A stretch of 64,000 bases of DNA. Origin: Nitrososphaerales archaeon (GTDB lineage: Archaea > Thermoproteota > Nitrososphaeria > Nitrososphaerales > Gagatemarchaeaceae). A program made the position numbers and the translations under genes. The stretch covers positions 1,641 to 65,640 of the forward strand of contig JBEKJM010000003.1 of assembly GCA_050011215.1 (NCBI GenBank), in the 5' to 3' direction. Under the pieces are notes generated by a model, which saw only the letters and a program-made list of their open reading frames with translations, had not been told where the DNA came from and ran no database searches. Each line of letters opens with the position of its first letter. Positions within the stretch are counted from its first letter, which is position 1. Shown piece by piece: positions 61,330 to 64,000 of this stretch.

Positions 61330-62493
61330 ATGAGCAGTGGAAAACAAGTCGTCTCGGCAGGAATGGTCGGCCTCATATTGGCCGTTGCCCTGATCGCTGG
61401 GGCGGCGTTATTCCTAGCAAGTCCAACGACAATTGGAACCCCAAGTCAAACGAGCTCTTCGACACAAGTCAACTCCTCCACCCAATCCGTAGGAGGTCAG
61501 GGTACCCTCGACGTCCTACTCACAGACCCGCCAAACGTCCCGGCTGGGGTCACCGCCGTCTACGTGACTTACAGCAATGTGGCCGTACACGTTAGAGATG
61601 CGGGTAACCAAAGCGGATGGACGAACTCCAACACAGCGGGGACCATCGATCTAATGAAATTGGTCAACTATAGTACAACCATAGCCAGCATCAAGGTGAC
61701 GGCCGGAGTCTACAACGCCCTGCGCTTCAACATCTCCTCAGCGGCGGTAACCTTCAATGGCAAGAACTACACCGCCTTCGTCCCACGGGCCATGCTGACC
61801 GTCCTTATTCCGGGCGGGATCAGCGTGAACGCAAAAAACAGCAGCGCAGAGATCATCGATGTGTCGCCCACAGTCTTGAACATCGGCAGCGAGTCGACGC
61901 CCGAGTTCATCATTAGCACGGCTGCATCCTGCTTTCGCGTCCCGTCCAGCATTCTCCTAGTGACGAAGAACATAGACCATCGTGGGTTCATCCTAGGACT
62001 CGCTGGCGCAACCTGGTGGCACCAGATACGGGAAGGCTACACGGCGAACGTGACCATAAGCGAGGCGTCGCTGTCGGCCAGTTCGCTCTCCGTGACCGTG
62101 GAGAATACAGGCTCGACACCGCTGAACCTCAGCGCTGTCATCGTCACCTCACTTGGATACGAGTGTGCAATGCAAACCTCGACCAGCAGCATCACCACCT
62201 CTACAGCCCACCCTGGAAATCACGTCCGGATCCCAGATTGCCTCACCAGATCAGCTACGTTCCTCATTGACAACGGAACCCTACTCTCCTTGAAAGATAG
62301 ACCAGTCTGTCTCGCGCAAGTCTTGTCCTCACCATGGTCGCTGTTCGGCAAGATGGGACTCACCGTTGCGCCGGGAGGCTCGGCTACGCTGACCTATAGC
62401 GGGCCAATCAACTTCGTGATCTCGGGAGACAAGTACAGCACAACCGTCGTCGGATCGCAGGCTCTCGCACAGACAGACGTGGCGGCTTCCTAG
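61330..62493 (+). CDS. DUF4382-like secreted/anchored protein, probable glycoprotein
   Basis: N-terminal TM/signal anchor and an S/T-rich spacer. GTLDVLLTDPP..IDLMKLVN..GVYNALRFNI..FVP resembles DUF4382. At least 9 N-x-S/T sequons by my count. Confidence 0.6.
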   Translation: MSSGKQVVSAGMVGLILAVALIAGAALFLASPTTIGTPSQTSSSTQVNSSTQSVGGQGTLDVLLTDPPNVPAGVTAVYVTYSNVAVHVRDAGNQSGWTNSNTAGTIDLMKLVNYSTTIASIKVTAGVYNALRFNISSAAVTFNGKNYTAFVPRAMLTVLIPGGISVNAKNSSAEIIDVSPTVLNIGSESTPEFIISTAASCFRVPSSILLVTKNIDHRGFILGLAGATWWHQIREGYTANVTISEASLSASSLSVTVENTGSTPLNLSAVIVTSLGYECAMQTSTSSITTSTAHPGNHVRIPDCLTRSATFLIDNGTLLSLKDRPVCLAQVLSSPWSLFGKMGLTVAPGGSATLTYSGPINFVISGDKYSTTVVGSQALAQTDVAAS

Positions 62494-62665
62494 AGCCTCC
62501 ACTCTCCACTTTTTCACTGGAAGTTGCTCTTTTTCCAACCTGCAAGTGCACTAGTCCTGGCCGGTTCTTGAGTGGAGGGAAATTGACCGTATGATGTTGC
62601 CATCCACCCCGGGGATTCCACCGTCTGACCAACTAACCCATCTCTGGTCGGAAGGTTTGCGAATT

Positions 62666-63409
62666 CTAGAACAATGCGTCCATGACGAACCTGCTGCCGT
62701 CGAGGATCCTGCCGTCCTCCCCTATCCGTGACTCTCGCGTGATCCTGCCGTCGCGGACCGCGCACACGCGGTTGCACTCCGCCACCACAATAGGATCGTG
62801 AGTTACCAAGACGAAGGTTGCGTGCTCCTCCTTTCGCAGCGACTTCATCACCTCCATCAGCTTCTTCGCCGATTTCGAATCCAGGTCCCCCGTCGGCTCA
62901 TCGGCGAGCACAACGGACGGATGATTGGCCAGGGCGCGTGCGACGGCGACTCGCTGCTGCTCGCCTCCGCTCAGTTCGTCGGGCATGTGATCTGCTCTCG
63001 CTTCCAGCCCCACGGCCTCCAGGAGGTTCAGCGCACGCTCCCTTTGCTCTGCAGCAGGCAGTTTCGCCAGGGCCATCGGGAGTTCGACGTTTTCAACAGA
63101 ACTCAGTGTCGGGATCAAGTTGTAGAACTGGAAGACAAACCCGACCTTGCGCAGTCTGTAGGCCGTAAGTTCCGCGTCGCTCAGCTTGTCCAGTTCCACT
63201 CCGTCCACCTGGACGGTCCCCTTGGTGGGCCTGTCCAACCCGCCTATCAGATTGAGCAGGGTCGTCTTCCCCGATCCTGAGGGCCCTATTATGCCCAAGA
63301 TTTCGCCCTTTCCGACCGTCAGGTTCACTCCGTTTAGGGCAGGCACAGGGAACTTACCGCGCTTGTACCGTCTCTGCAGATCGACGGTCCTCACCATGGC
63401 TTCAGACAT
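62666..63409 (-). CDS. ABC transporter ATP-binding protein (MacB/LolD/FtsE-like)
   Basis: GPSGSGKTTLLN, LSGGEQQRVAVARAL and VLADEPTGDLD. ATG 63409 overlaps the permease stop. Confidence 0.85.
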   Translation of the reverse strand: MSEAMVRTVDLQRRYKRGKFPVPALNGVNLTVGKGEILGIIGPSGSGKTTLLNLIGGLDRPTKGTVQVDGVELDKLSDAELTAYRLRKVGFVFQFYNLIPTLSSVENVELPMALAKLPAAEQRERALNLLEAVGLEARADHMPDELSGGEQQRVAVARALANHPSVVLADEPTGDLDSKSAKKLMEVMKSLRKEEHATFVLVTHDPIVVAECNRVCAVRDGRITRESRIGEDGRILDGSRFVMDALF

Positions 63410-64000
63410 GCCGCAAGGCCTCCACCGGGTCCATCCTGGACGCACGGAGCGCGGGGTAGACCCCCGCGGCGATTCCGACGAGGCTCCCCAGAGCAAAACT
63501 CAACACGAGGTTGAAGGATGTCAGCGTCGGTAGAAGTTTGCCCGGGATGAAACCCCCAAGGCCTCTAGCTCCGCTCGAGGCGGCCGCGCCGGTGAGGGAT
63601 GGGAGTGCGAACGACACGACGACCCCGATGAAGACCCCGACAGTCGCTCCGATCAGTCCGATCAGGAATGCCTCGCTCAGAAACATCTTCAAGACCTGTC
63701 TCTTCGTCGCACCGATCGCACGGAGGGTCCCGATCTCACGGGTTCTTTCGCCGATTGACATCATCATGGTGTTGATCACCCCGAATGCCCCCGCCAGGAG
63801 GGCGACCAGGCCGATCACGATGAAGAATGTGGTCATGGTGTTCGTCAGTGTTGTTGCGGAGCCCGCAATTCCGCTGGCAACGTTGGCTGTGACGCCTGAA
63901 ATCGTGTCTATGTCTGACGCAATCTGATTGACGAGCGTCGAGTCCGTCGCCTTGACGTAGATTTCGGTGACCAACCCCTCCCGGCCGCTGATGTTCTGAG
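63402..64000 (-). CDS. FtsX/MacB-type ABC permease, C-terminal part (continues beyond window)
   Basis: MSIGERTREIGTLRAIGATKRQVLKMFLSEA is the FtsX-domain signature. The reading frame stays open to position 64000. Confidence 0.8.
   Translation of the reverse strand, partial: QNISGREGLVTEIYVKATDSTLVNQIASDIDTISGVTANVASGIAGSATTLTNTMTTFFIVIGLVALLAGAFGVINTMMMSIGERTREIGTLRAIGATKRQVLKMFLSEAFLIGLIGATVGVFIGVVVSFALPSLTGAAASSGARGLGGFIPGKLLPTLTSFNLVLSFALGSLVGIAAGVYPALRASRMDPVEALRHV

Noticed and set aside
1-64000. CRISPR arrays, rRNA genes, toxin-antitoxin pairs or recognisable defence islands.
   Set aside because: I saw no regularly spaced direct repeats and no cas, restriction-modification or known defence-gene motifs. 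The only tandem repeats are the coding S/T linker in pstS and the (CA)n(CG)n tract.

Overview
Archaeal chromosomal segment. Markers are Orc1/Cdc6, RFC large subunit, tRNA-splicing endonuclease, DGGGP synthase, a eukaryote-type topoisomerase IB, PAC2 and an intron-containing tRNA. TATA boxes sit about 27 nt upstream of many start codons, so mRNAs are mostly leaderless or short-leader. Topo IB plus the gene set suggests a Thaumarchaeota/Nitrososphaerota-related (TACK) lineage; this is inference only. Layout: (1) 0-8 kb holds information-processing genes interrupted by a solo TnpB element and a LAGLIDADG intein in the Orc1/Cdc6 P-loop. (2) 8-20 kb is a very GC-rich purine/folate supercluster (purD, purH, purS-Q-L-F-N-folD-5FCL-purE-C-M). 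(3) 21.4-27.3 kb is a ~5.9 kb integrated plasmid-like element with two tyrosine recombinases, an SF3 helicase, a P-loop ATPase and an RHH/wHTH switch. It is bounded by a 13-bp direct repeat that duplicates the 3' end of osmC. (4) 27-43 kb mixes accessory and housekeeping genes. It includes a threonine-synthase-like protein with Lys->Met at the PLP site fused to a PadR-like wHTH, divergent from an ECF-S/AIR-synthase-like pair with a long structured leader. (5) 43.5-48.3 kb has two diverged ABC-2 exporter operons tail-to-tail, sharing a near-identical 93-bp inverted repeat. A 35-bp direct repeat of the tRNA-Gly 3' end brackets the second copy. (6) 48.4-52.4 kb carries preQ0 genes (queD fusion, queC, folE2), DUF72 and NAD kinase. 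(7) 52.4-58 kb carries pstSCAB-phoU plus an AbrB-PhoU regulator. (8) 58-64 kb carries more ABC exporters, a flavodoxin and a DUF4382 surface protein. No rRNA or CRISPR array was seen. All functional calls rest on motif recognition by eye, and coordinates are anchored to the supplied ORF track; no searches were run.
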